Part shown: piece by piece, positions 36,701 to 48,152 of the stretch
Position numbering within the stretch: position 1 is the first letter of the stretch
How the letters are laid out: every line of letters starts with the position of its first letter
Assembly (NCBI GenBank): GCA_043228905.1
Contig: JBHGNT010000004.1
Location: 17,112,001-17,176,000 of the forward strand
Direction: 5' to 3'
From: Azolla caroliniana
Lineage: Eukaryota > Plantae > Polypodiophyta
DNA: 64,000 nucleotides
Program-made: the position numbers and the translations under genes
Notes under the pieces: generated by a model
Told to the model about the DNA's origin: nothing
The model's input: the letters and a program-made list of their open reading frames with translations, nothing else
Database searches by the model: none

Positions 36701-38130
36701 AGAAAGTAAAGCTCATGAACTCTAGGAGAAGATCGGCATCATGTTCCAGAACAAAAATGTTGTTAATAGGGTTTCGGTATTCTAGAAGTTAGTAAGGCTC
36801 TGATACCAAGACGACTCCAGTATGGCGGAGCACATGAATGCCTTCCAGGGGCTAATACACCAAGCCACCTTGTTGGAAGTACCTCTCACGGATGAGGTAC
36901 TCATATTGCTCCTGCTCGGTTCCCTCCCAGATAGTTGGGAGACGTTAGTTGTCACGTTGGGCAACACCATGCCGGAAGGAAAGCAGTTGTCCGTAGCAAG
37001 GGTAAAATCAAGCTTGCTAGATGAAGAAGCTCGTCGAAAGGACTGGGATTCCAGAACCAATCTGAAGGCCTTGGTTACGGAAGATGACCACAATCGGGGA
37101 AGAGGCCGGTATCAGAGTCCCCAAAATCGGGACAAATTGGGGACGAGGTCGAAGTCAAGGGGGAGGCCTTCTTGCTTCTACTGTGGGAAGTCGGGGCACT
37201 TCCAGAAGAACTGTTGGCATTTGCGGAAAGAGAAAGGAACCGAGAGTGCCGATTCGAAGAAGGGTTTGGACCGTAACGGTTCAAACCGAAAATTCTCAGA
37301 TCGGAAGGGAACGTTGGCAATCGTGACAAGTGAACAAGAATTTATGCTCATTATTAAGGAGAATGAGTTAAACCTTGTCGGCGACAAGACAACGTGGGTT
37401 GTCGATTCCGGAGCATCGTTCCATCTGACACCGAACCGGAAATGCTTCTCATCCTATACGACCGGAGATCATGGCTGTGTCCGGATGGGGAATGAAGGGA
37501 CCTATCGAATCATCGACATAGGAGATGTGTTGTTGACGACATCAACCAGATGCAACTTGTTGTTGAAGGATGTCTGACACGTTCCAGAGGTTCGGTTGAA
37601 CCTAATATCAGCCGATCGGCTAAATGATGAAGGCTACACAGGTAGCATCCGGAACGGAGTCATGAAGTTCAACAAGGGAAGCTTGATTGTGGCTCAAGCC
37701 TGGAAGATCAACACGTTGTATCTAATGCATGCCTCGATATGCTGGGAAAAGGTGAACATAGCATCGGACACTGCCAGTGAGTTGTGGCACAAGAGACTGT
37801 GTCATATGAGCTAGAAGGGGATGAGAAGACTTGCCGAAGATGATCTCATTCTGGAGGTGAAAGATGTGCATCTTGAGAAGTGCACCGATTCCTTGGCCAG
37901 CAAGCAAAACCGAACCTCCTTTCGGTCAAGACTGTCATGAACACATGACCATTATGACGTCACCCGGACTTGAACCTCGAACCTTGTAATTCATACTTGA
38001 AAACCTCAACCATTAAGATAGCTTATTGTTATATGAAACAATAAAAGCTACTTCTTGTATTACATTGATTATTGTAAAAACTCTAGATTATTCTAGAATG
38101 GTCTAGAATGTCCTAGAGCATTCTAGGTCT

Positions 38131-38155
38131 AGAACATTCTAGAACATTCTAGAAA
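38131..38155 (+). promoter_or_regulatory. Perfect 5-unit heat-shock element upstream of the K LTR TATA box (38180); copy at 43424-43448
   Basis: aGAAc aTTCt aGAAc aTTCt aGAAa, lying within a 10-bp-periodic TCTAGA array at 38081-38160. Confidence 0.75.
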
Positions 38156-38343
38156 TCTCTAAGCTATTCTATAGGAACCTATAAATAAGCGCATACATGT
38201 ATTCTCAAATCAATTCGAATCAACACCAGTCTTTAGCTCTCATTACATATATTGTATCCATTCTCTTTCTTTCTCTATCTTATACATCCATTCTTCTCTA
38301 TCCTTCTTCCATCACTCTATCTTTTATCCTTGGTTCTGACAGT

Positions 38344-38350
38344 TTGATTC

Positions 38351-38355
<5 letters not shown>
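38344..38355 (+). other. Self-priming PBS of element K
   Basis: TTGATTCGAATT is the exact complement of AATTCGAATCAA (38212-38223), 32 bp after the TATA. No TGG-type tRNA PBS is present. Confidence 0.75.
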
Positions 38356-38396
<41 letters not shown>

Positions 38397-38421
38397 CCTC
38401 CTTTGTAACCAACCTGAAACC

Positions 38422-39585
38422 ATGGCTGCCATTAACTCAGAAGAATATCTCACCCTTGTTGCAGAAATGGAGAACCTTAAATCCAAGTTCGCATCTCTTG
38501 AAGTAAAGAATCAACGTCTACTTGGGGATCTACAAAAGGTTACTATAGAGAAGCAACAACAACAAGAGGAGTTCACGCGAAGAGTGCAACAGTTAGAGTC
38601 GACAATCGTCGTGTTACAACAACAAAGGGTTGAAGGTCATGGACTTATCAAGGAGCCCAAAATTAGCCTCCCAGCTAAATTTGATGGGTCGAGGGCGCAT
38701 TTCCGAGGTTTTTTGAATCAAGTATGGTTGGTGATTCAAATGCATCCCGCACGTTATCCAACAGATGCATCACGAGTCGGGCTAGTGGGCACTTTATTGA
38801 CTGGCATAGCGTTGTCGTGGTTTGCTCCATTGCTAGAGACCAATTCTCCTCTACTGAATAATTTCGAGGAATTTATCAAGGAATTTAAGGCTTGTTTCGG
38901 AGATACTGATGGGGCGAGAACAACTATCAACAAGATTCGTACACTTCGTCAAGGTGATCAACTAGCTTCAACATATGCTGCCAATTTCCGTCTCATCGCA
39001 AGCGATATTCCTTGGGATGAACAAGCCCTAATGGAGCAATTCCGTTCAGGCCTTCGTAGTGATGTCAAAGACTTACTTCTTACCTTCCCCGAGGATCCAA
39101 GGTCACTTACAGAAGCTATTAGTCGAGCAATACGGTGTGATAATCGCCTTTTTGAGCGTCGATGTGAGCGACAACAACAAATAACAAGATCTAGATTCAC
39201 ACCAACTTATGCATCAGTAACGGCGCAATCATCCCCAAGGAAAATGTATAGCCCTGCTCCAACTCCAAGGCAAACACGTAGTCCAGTCCCAATGGATAGT
39301 CCTACACCCATGGAGATCGATATGACTCAACGACGAGGACCGTTGTCAGACGAAGAGAAGCAACGTCGTCGAGCAAACCATCTGTGCTTATATTGTGGAG
39401 GTCCAGGACATATAGCCATTCATTGCTCCCGTAGGCCGAGACGTCAGGTAAATCAAATTCACTATGACAATAAAAATGAGTCCAACATTTTAGAAGTAGT
39501 TAGTGAATCTAATATTATGAATAATCCACCCTTGTCCAATAAATTTGAAGTCCTAAGCCAATTAGAAGAGGAGTCAAACGAATAA
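38422..39585 (+). CDS. Element K Gag (retrotrans_gag/PEG10-like with CCHC knuckle), intact, 387 aa
   Basis: PAKFDGSR..FRGFLNQ, LRQG..STYAANF, PTPMEID, CLYCGGPGHIAIHC. Confidence 0.9.
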   Translation: MAAINSEEYLTLVAEMENLKSKFASLEVKNQRLLGDLQKVTIEKQQQQEEFTRRVQQLESTIVVLQQQRVEGHGLIKEPKISLPAKFDGSRAHFRGFLNQVWLVIQMHPARYPTDASRVGLVGTLLTGIALSWFAPLLETNSPLLNNFEEFIKEFKACFGDTDGARTTINKIRTLRQGDQLASTYAANFRLIASDIPWDEQALMEQFRSGLRSDVKDLLLTFPEDPRSLTEAISRAIRCDNRLFERRCERQQQITRSRFTPTYASVTAQSSPRKMYSPAPTPRQTRSPVPMDSPTPMEIDMTQRRGPLSDEEKQRRRANHLCLYCGGPGHIAIHCSRRPRRQVNQIHYDNKNESNILEVVSESNIMNNPPLSNKFEVLSQLEEESNE

Positions 39586-42500
39586 GTCCGGCCAAAATAG
39601 GAGCCATTTGGTTGGACAACCCTAGATATGTACAACCTAGTGTGGGTTCCATTTCTTCCAAGCATGTTAGTAGAGTCTTCTCAGCCCTAGTACAAGTTAG
39701 GACAGCCAGTTGTCAACTTCAAGTCCAAGCCCTCTTAGATACTGGAGCCAATTCTTGTTTCATGGATAGAGATTTTGCCCAAAAACACCAAATATCCTTG
39801 CATACACTTCCTTGTCCAGTTTCCGTAGTAGTGATTGATGGACGCCCCATAGCTTCCGGGAAGATATTTGAAGAGTCTGAGCCAATACACATACTCTTGG
39901 GTGATTTAGGATGTGTAGTTTCCTTTAACATAATCCGTAGTCTTGAGCATCCAATTGTCCTTGGTTTGCCATGGTTCGAGCTACATAACCCTAGAATCGA
40001 TTGGAGGAAGCGAGAAATTAGGTGCCCTTTAGCAGAAAATATCATTGTCAAGGATCGAACTCGGGATTATCCTCCCAAAGTATATAGTTCTACCGATGCA
40101 CCATATCCTTCTCATCAAATTTTAGCCATCACATTGCAACAATTGCACCAAGTGGGAGGCAAGGAGGAACTTTTCTTATTTGCAGTATCAGTGACACCTT
40201 CTAGTGTCACTCAAGGGAATTCAGACATCCAAATTCCCAAAAAATATCAAGACTATGCTGATGTTTTCGACAAAGTCAAAGCTAGTGTTCTTCCAAAGCA
40301 TCGGCCGTATGACTGTCCTATTGATCTCCAACCAGGAAAAGAGCCTCCGTGGGGTCCGATTTACAATTTATCACCCACTGAGCTTGAGGTTCTTCGAGAA
40401 TACATCCAGGAAAATCTTGCACATGGGTTTATTCGACATTCAAAGTCTCCAGCTGGTGCTCCTATCTTTTTTGTGAAGAAAAAGGACGGCTCCCTTCGTT
40501 TGGTCGTGGACTATCGAGGCTTAAATAAAGTCACCATAAGGAATAGGTATGCTTTACCTTTAATCTCCAATCTCTTAGAACGCATTGGTGGGGCAAAGCA
40601 TTTTACCAAAATTGATCTAAGGGGTGCATATAATCTTGTTCGAATTCGGCCGGGAGATGAGTGGAAAACAACATTTCGTACTCGGTATGGTCATTTCGAG
40701 TATACAGTCATGCCTTTCGGGCTCACAAATGCACCTGTCGTATTCCAACATATGGCAAATGACATCTTCCGGGATTTCTTGGATATTTTTCTAATCATCT
40801 ACCTAGATGATCTATTGATTTACTCTAAAACATAGGGGGAGCATGATATACATGTGCGGCAAGTACTTGAACGCCTAAGGAAGTATGGTCTTTACGCCAA
40901 ACTTGAGAAATGCAGTTTTGATTGCAAACAAGTCGAATTTTTGGGATACACTATTTCATCCCAGGGTGTTTTCATGGACCCGGCAAAAGTCCAAACAATA
41001 TTGGAATGGAAACCCCCATGCTCAATTCGGGATGTCCAGTGTTTCCTCGGATTTGCGAACTTCTATCGCAAATTCATACATAATTATTCAAGCATTGTGT
41101 TGCCCCTTACTCAACTCACCAAGAAAAATCAAGCATTTTTTTGGAGTATCGAAGCAGACAAGGCTTTTACGCAGCTAAAAGAGGCATTCACATCAGCACC
41201 CATCCTAGCACATATTGATCCTGAAAAGCCATTTACTATTGAGGCGGATGCATCAGACTTTGCATTGGGGAGTATCCTATCGCAACCAGGCGAGGACGGG
41301 CAGATACATCCAGTTGCATTTCACTCGAGAAAGTTTACTGTTTCGGAGATAAACTATGAGGTGCATGACAAGGAGTTACTAGCTGTGGTCGACTCATTCG
41401 AGCAATGGCGTCATTTTCTAGAAGGATCACCTCATCAGATTATCATTTATAGTGATCACAAAAATCTCACATATTTTCAAACAGCTCGAGTATTAAATAG
41501 ACGACAAGCTCGGTGGGCCCAATTTCGAACGCGTTTCGATTTCAAGATCATTTTTCGCCCTGGAAAACAACAAGGGAAAGCAGATGCTCTGTCTCGGCGT
41601 TCGTATCTAGCACTTCGACCTGGAGATCCGGCCTTTGACAATCAAAAGCAAACTCTCCTCGGGCCATCAAAGTTACAGGTAACAACAATTTATGCCACAC
41701 CACTTGATTCTACCCTTCTTGACACTATTCGGCAACAACTTCATTCGGATGATTTTGCTAAGGATGTCTTAGCCCACTGTGGTTCAAGTCGTCCATCTTG
41801 CTCCACATTGCCAGGGTCATCTCAACATTATCAGGACTTCAAGTGGCAAGATGGTTTACTCTTCTACAAGAATCTCCTTTACGTCCCCGACGGATCACCC
41901 CGACTTCAAGTGTTGGAACATTGTCATGATGCCCCCATGGCTGGACATTTTGGTATTTCCAAGACCATTGAGCTGGTGAAACGTTCGTTTTGGTGGCCTC
42001 ACTTGCAAAAATTTGTCGAAGATTATGTTCGCACTTGTGACACCTGCTGTCGCGCCAAAATACCCCGACATCACCCTTATGGCTTACTACAACCATTACC
42101 CCCTCCCAACGAGCCATGGCAGTCTATTTCTATGGATTTCATTACGGATCTGCCACCTTCCAAAGGCTTTGATACTATTTTAACAGTAGTGGATCGGTTC
42201 ACCAAGATGGCACATTTTGTACCATGTGTAAAGACCATCAATAGTGAAGAAACTGCAGATCTCATTATGCGTGAAGTGTTTCGCCATCATGGTCTCCCGA
42301 ATGATATTATTAGCGATCGAGGTCCTCAATTTATCTCACACTTTTGGAAGCACCTATGGGCAAGCCTCAAAATCTCTTGCAAACTCTCTTCGGCTTATCA
42401 TCCACAAACTGACGGACAAACAGAGCGCACAAATCAAACGCTCGAGCAATATCTTTGATGTTTCATTAGTTATCAACAAGATGATTGGAGTAAAATTTTA

Positions 42501-43241
42501 CATCTTGCTGAGTTTGCATACAACAACACGGTCCACTCTTCTACCAAAGTTACACCTTTCTTTGCCTACACCGGCAACCACCCTCGATGGTGTATACTGG
42601 ATCTTCCCGAGGTGTCACGAAACCCTAGTGCGGCGCATCACCTCCACCGACTACAACAAATCCAGTTCGAGTTATCGTCACATCTTCAGAAAGCGCAAGC
42701 ACACCATAAGACCAATGCCGATCGACATCGTCTTAAGTCTCCGTTTAAGGTTGGTGACCGTGTATGGTTGCTTCGTCGTCTCATCAAGACTACCCGACCG
42801 TGTGCTAAGCTTGACTATCAACGCTTAGGTCCTTTTGTCATCACGGCGCAGATTAATGATGCAACATTTCGTCTTAACCTTCCTGCACATATGCGGCTTC
42901 ACCCTGTCTTTCATAGCTCTCTTTTGGAACCTTGCCACACCTCTTTAATTCCTGATCGTGTCGTGCCACCACCGCCTTCTGTACAACTTGTGGACGGCCC
43001 CGAATACGAGGTAGCTGCTATTCTCGATTCTAAGATTGTGCGCAATAAGCTTTATTATCTAGTTGATTGGCTTGGTTATCCTTCGAGTGATCGCACTTGG
43101 GAACCCATCGATAACGTTTGTAATGCTGAAGCTCTGGTCAACGACTTCCATCGTCACTATCCAAACAAGCCCGACCCAACAATGTTAACGCCGACTTCCA
43201 CTCGGCGTTCTCGAAGTAGGGATAGTGTCATGAACACATGA
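39549..43241 (+). pseudogene. Element K Pol (PR-RT-RH-IN-chromodomain) in the -1 frame, with two nonsense mutations
   Basis: LLDTGANS, YLDD, DASDFALG, HDAPMAGH..CDTC, SDRGPQF, GPF and chromodomain EYEVAAIL..YYLVDWLGY..TWEP. Stops at 40833 (TAG) and 42456 (TGA). Confidence 0.93.
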
Positions 43242-46200
43242 CCATTATGGAGTCACCCGGACTTGAACCTCGAACCTTGTAATTCATACTTGAAAACCTC
43301 AACCATTAAGATAGCTTATTGTTATATGAAACAATAAAAGCTACTTCTTGTATTACATTGATTATTGTAAAAACTCTAGATTATTCTAGAATGGTCTAGA
43401 ATGTCCTAGAGCATTCTAGGTCTAGAACATTCTAGAACATTCTAGAAATCTCTAAGCTATTCTATAGGAACCTATAAATAAGCGCATACATGTATTCTCA
43501 AATCAATTCGAATCAACACCAGTCTTTAGCTCTCATTACATATATTGTATCCATTCTCTTTCTTTCTCTATCTTATACATCCTTTCTTCTCTATCCTTCT
43601 TCCATCACTCTATCTTTTATCCTTGGTTCTGACAAAGACCACCAATGAGACGGAATGCACCACTGGAGCTGGTGCATACCAATGTGTGTCAAGTGGACAC
43701 GAAGTGATGGATCGAAGTACTTTGTGACGTTCATAGACGACCACAGCCAGAAGCTGTGGGTCTCACCGTTGAAGACGAAGGATCAGGTGTTGTCTGTATC
43801 CAAGGAGCTCCACACGAGAGTGGAAAGAGAAACGGGCTAGAAGCTGAAGGTGGTTCGAGCAGATAACGGAGGAGAATACCGGGGGCAGTTCGAGGAGTAC
43901 TGCCGGTCGAAGGTAATCTGGCTCGAATTCACCATGCCAAAAACGCAAGAATTGAACGGGCTGGCCGAACGGATGAACCAGACCATGATGGAGAGAGTTC
44001 GGAGCATGTTAACACATGCAAAGCTACCCAAGACGTTTTGGGATGAGGCGCTGATGACGGCGACGTATTTGATAAACAGATCACCGTCAATACCCTTGGA
44101 CGGAGACACACCACAGAGAGTATGGACTGGTAAAGACGTGTCTTACATGCATCTGAAGGTGTTACGGTATCTCACATATGTGCATCTGAAGGACAAGAGA
44201 GAAAAGCTGGATCCGAAGTCCAAGCCATGCATATTCCTTGGATACGACGATGATGAGTTTGGTTATTGAGTGTGGGACCTGGTCGACAAGAAGGTGTTCT
44301 GGAGTCGGGATATAATCTTCATGGAGGATAAGACCATTACCGACTGGGAGTCGGAGAAAAAGATAATGAATTCCGGGTAGACATGCAAAGATCAGTTGAA
44401 GGAGCTGAGGACCCATCTAACCGGAAGCCGGATGACACTCGAAGAACCGGCTGGATTTGGAGCATAAAACAAACCGACCGAAGAAGAAGAAGAGGAAGCT
44501 GAAACCGGAATTGGACAAGACCCCAAAACATATTCGGATTCGGAACAAATGGAAGAACCAGTTGCCGAAAGCCAAGGACGGAGGTATCCGCTAAGGGAGA
44601 GAAAAGCCCCCCGGAGATTTCCAAATGCAGAGCACGTATTGCTGACCAATGAGGGGGAGCCGGAGAGCTTCGAAGAAGCAAAGAAAGAGACCCACAACCG
44701 CAAGTGGTTGAGTGCCATGCAAGATGAGATGGATTCCCTGCATGTGAACCACACATATGAATTGACGGAGTTGTCGAAAGGAAAGAGATCACTCCGGAAT
44801 AAGTGAGTGTACATGCTAAAACTGGGAGATGCCGGAAATCCACCGAGGTACAAGGCCCGGATCGGGGTGAAGGGTTTCCAGCATAAGAAAGGTGTGGATT
44901 TCAATGAGATCTTTGCCTCGGTAGTAAAGATGACATCCATCTGGACGGTATTGAGCATAGCAACAAGCATGGACCTCGAGGTAGAGCAACTAGACGTCAA
45001 GACGACATTCCTACATGGCGACCTCGAAGAAGAGATCTACATGCATCAATTGGAACGATTTGAGAAGAAAGGGAAGGAGCACCTGGTGTGCCGGCTGAAG
45101 AAGAGGTTATACGGATTGAAGCAAGCCCCCCAGCAATGGTACCAGAAGTTTTACTCCTTCATGACGGATCAAGGGTACCACAAGACGCAAGCCGATCATT
45201 GCGTGTTTGTGAAGAAATTCGACGGAGGAGATTTCCTAATATTGCTCCTGTATGTGGACGACATGTTGATCGTCGGACGAGACCAAGTCAAGATACGAAT
45301 GCTGAAGACAACCCTAAACCGGACCTTCTCAATGAAAGACTTAGGTCCGACAAGATAGATTTTGGGGATGTGCATCATCCGGTACCGGTCGGAGAAGCTG
45401 TTGTGGTTGTCACAGGAGAAGTACGTGACAAAGGTGCTTCAAAGGTTCAACATGTTGGAGGCGAAACCGGTTGGATCGACATTTCCGACAAATTGCAAGT
45501 TGTCTGGAAAGTAGAGCCCGAAGACAAAAGACAGAGAAGTCGGATATGAGGAAGATACCATAGGCCTCTGTTGTCGGAAACTTAATGTACGCAATGGTGT
45601 GCACCCAACCAGATATTGCATATGTTGTCAGAGTAGTCAATTGGTTCTTGAGCAATCCAAGAAAAGAGCACTGGAACGTGATCAAGTGGATACTCTGGTA
45701 TTTGAAAGGCAGCTCGAGTATGTGCGTCTGGTTTGGCTCCTATAAACCCAAACTCGACGAATTCACGGATTCAGATATGTCGGTTGATGCGGATACCAGC
45801 TGATCTACATCCAAATATGTGATGACTTATGCAGGGGGAGTTGTATCATGGCAGTCGAGGCCGCATAAGTCCGTTGCATTGTCGACAACGGAAGCGGAGT
45901 ACAAGGCAGTTGTGGAAGCCGGCAAGGAGATTATCTGGATGACGAACTTCATCGGAAAGCTAGGGATCCGGCAGGAGGAATTCTAGCTCTACCGTGAGAG
46001 TCAAAGTGCCATCCACCTTGCGAAGAATGTGGTCTACCATTCCCGGACCAAGCACATCCAGAGGAGATATCACTAGCTCTGGGAGAAGGTAGAAGAACAA
46101 GACTTCGTGCTGACGAAGATCCACATGAAGGAGAACGGATTGAATATGCTGACAAAGGTGCTTTCAACCAACAAGCTGGACACGTGTAGAAGATAGATCG

Positions 46201-47222
46201 GATTGACGAGAAATACCATGCCGGAGTGAAGGGGGAGTTTGTTGGAAATTCAATCCCTTCGGATTGGATCCGGATGAGAACCGGACGAGCCGGATGAAGG
46301 AATTGGATCCGGAAGGGTTCCGGATGAGACCCAGAAATCGGATTGGGTGAATCTGGATGGATCCGGTGCAAACCGGATCCAAGGACATATTTGTAAATAT
46401 GTTAGAGTAAGCCCACTGAGGCTATATTTGGAAATAGCCCTAAGGTCATATGAGTATAAATATGACTTAGGGCAATCACCTTATGAGTAGTTGTTGTGTA
46501 GAGTTGTTATTGTTGTATATAGAGAGAGAGTGAGATACAGAACTAGTTTTCTGTTGTAACCGCCGGTTTTGGCAAAGACATAGAACTCGAGGTTGTTGCC
46601 TCTGAGTCTCAGATTGTATTCCTCCCCTCATAGTGATAGTTGGAGTTTGTGGGCTCCCATGGTTTTTCCCATTCAGGGTTTTCCATGTAAACATCATGTG
46701 TCATCTCGGTCTTCCCATTTCTGTGTTTTGATTCTCATTGAAGTGATTCAAGACTCGGTTGTGGTCAAGCAACATTCTGCGTTATTTCCTTTCAGGAAGA
46801 AGAAGGAAAAGAAGATAAGGAACCTATATGTGTTGGGACTTAAGCTAAGGGGGAGCTAAAGGTGTATACACGGAAGAGGAGGCAGAAAAGAAGGAAATAT
46901 GAACACGTCTTCAACGCCACTTGTGCCATGAAGGTCCATGTCTGAACCTACCTTGACTTTTGAAATACCTATAGAACTCCCAACCCAGAAATCACAGGTG
47001 ATATGATTTCCTCTCCTTCACCTATAGAGGTTAGGAGGACGTCTCACAGTAATGTAGGAGCCCCTCCTGATCGTTATGATTTTCCTCATTGATATTGCTC
47101 AATTTATCTCTTATTCTAACATATCAGATACACATAGAGCAATGATTGCATCATTAGACTCGGCCACTTTACCCAAATGTTGGCAAATTTCTAAAGAAGA
47201 TCCAAAGTGGAAAGCAACCATG

Positions 47223-47740
47223 TGTCACAGACACACCAAGCGCGGACTAGGACAGAGCACTGATGATTGGCCTACGAGTGACGGATGAACTTGGAGCTAG
47301 ATGTGATGAGGCTAGGAACTCTAGATGTTGTGAGCAACAAACGAGAATGAAGACATAGCTAAAGATCAAGGAGACAAGATGGGGCGAAACGAGAATAGTA
47401 GATTGATGTGTCAATGACTGGTGTTGAATCCCTTCAAAGGGACCAAGGATGTTACAAGTATTTATACAAGTTCCAAGATTGAATCTCTAGAAATATACTC
47501 GAGAAATATCTCGAGAATATACCCGTTTAGAATATACCAAAAGAATAATTCTAAAATATACTAACGATTAGAATATTCTTGAATGTACTATACACTAGAC
47601 TCTAAAATATATACAAGTTCACAATTGAATGTGAAACAGTTCATAAAAGTTTTTCATATGGTTAAACACAACACAATGTATTGTGTGTTAAAAAGTCCAG
47701 AGGGCTCGAGTCTAGAATGTGACATTATCCCCCCCTCTTA
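47223..47740 (-). mobile_element. Element G: 3' LTR (47223-47724, TGTCACA..TGTGACA) and PPT of a minus-strand gypsy-like element whose internal region resumes at 60005
   Basis: Terminal inverted ends. Minus-strand TAAGAGGGGGGGATAA PPT at 47725-47740. Interrupts the E RT start. H is inserted right after the PPT with a matching TSD. Confidence 0.75.
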
Positions 47741-48096
47741 CTGTTAGGATCTCGGTCCCTACGGATGGGATACGGAGTACCCAGCAACGGATGATGTAGA
47801 CCCGGTGAGAACCGGAATGTGGAGTACCTGGCAACGGATGATGCAGACCCGGTGAGAACCGGATGACGAGTACTCGGCAAGGAAGACCCGGTGAGAACCG
47901 GATGTTTGCAGGTCCGGTGAGAACCTCTCACCGGATGAAGGGACATATATGTAGATATGTTTTTTGAGAGCCCATTGGGGCTATAATCTGTAAATAGTCC
48001 TAATGTCATATTAGTATAAATGTGACCTAGGGCAAAACAGTGTTCAGATTGTTTGCTGTTATTATCTTCCTATAGTGTAATTTTTGGGTGGCACGA

Positions 48097-48152
<56 letters not shown>

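Larger units (their letters stand above)
37933..43634 (+). mobile_element. Element K: young full-length Ty3/gypsy chromovirus (Tcn1/Tf1-sushi-like). 409-bp LTRs 37933-38341 and 43226-43634; TSD AAGAC
   Basis: AAGAC at 37928-37932 and 43635-43639. The LTRs differ at about 3 positions by eye. PPT 43213-43225. Confidence 0.97.
36172..46794 (+). mobile_element. Element F: Tnt1/Tork-like Ty1/copia. 5' LTR truncated (36172-36444), 3' LTR 46240-46794; contains K
   Basis: 36172-36444 matches 46522-46794. PBS TGGTATCAGAGC at 36448 and PPT before 46240. Degenerate gag-pol 36474-46229. Confidence 0.9.
33936..47222 (+). mobile_element. Element E: degenerate Ale-like Ty1/copia internal region (33936-36171 and 46795-47222), split by F and cut at 47222 by G; its LTRs are not seen
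   Basis: gag YLSWS..DGYL..WLLNS, knuckle CGEVGHLKNVC, WIIDSGASRH, IN (QNGVAERKNRHLLEV), then VYTRKRR and PPDRY..ISYSNIS..PKWKATM after F. Confidence 0.8.
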
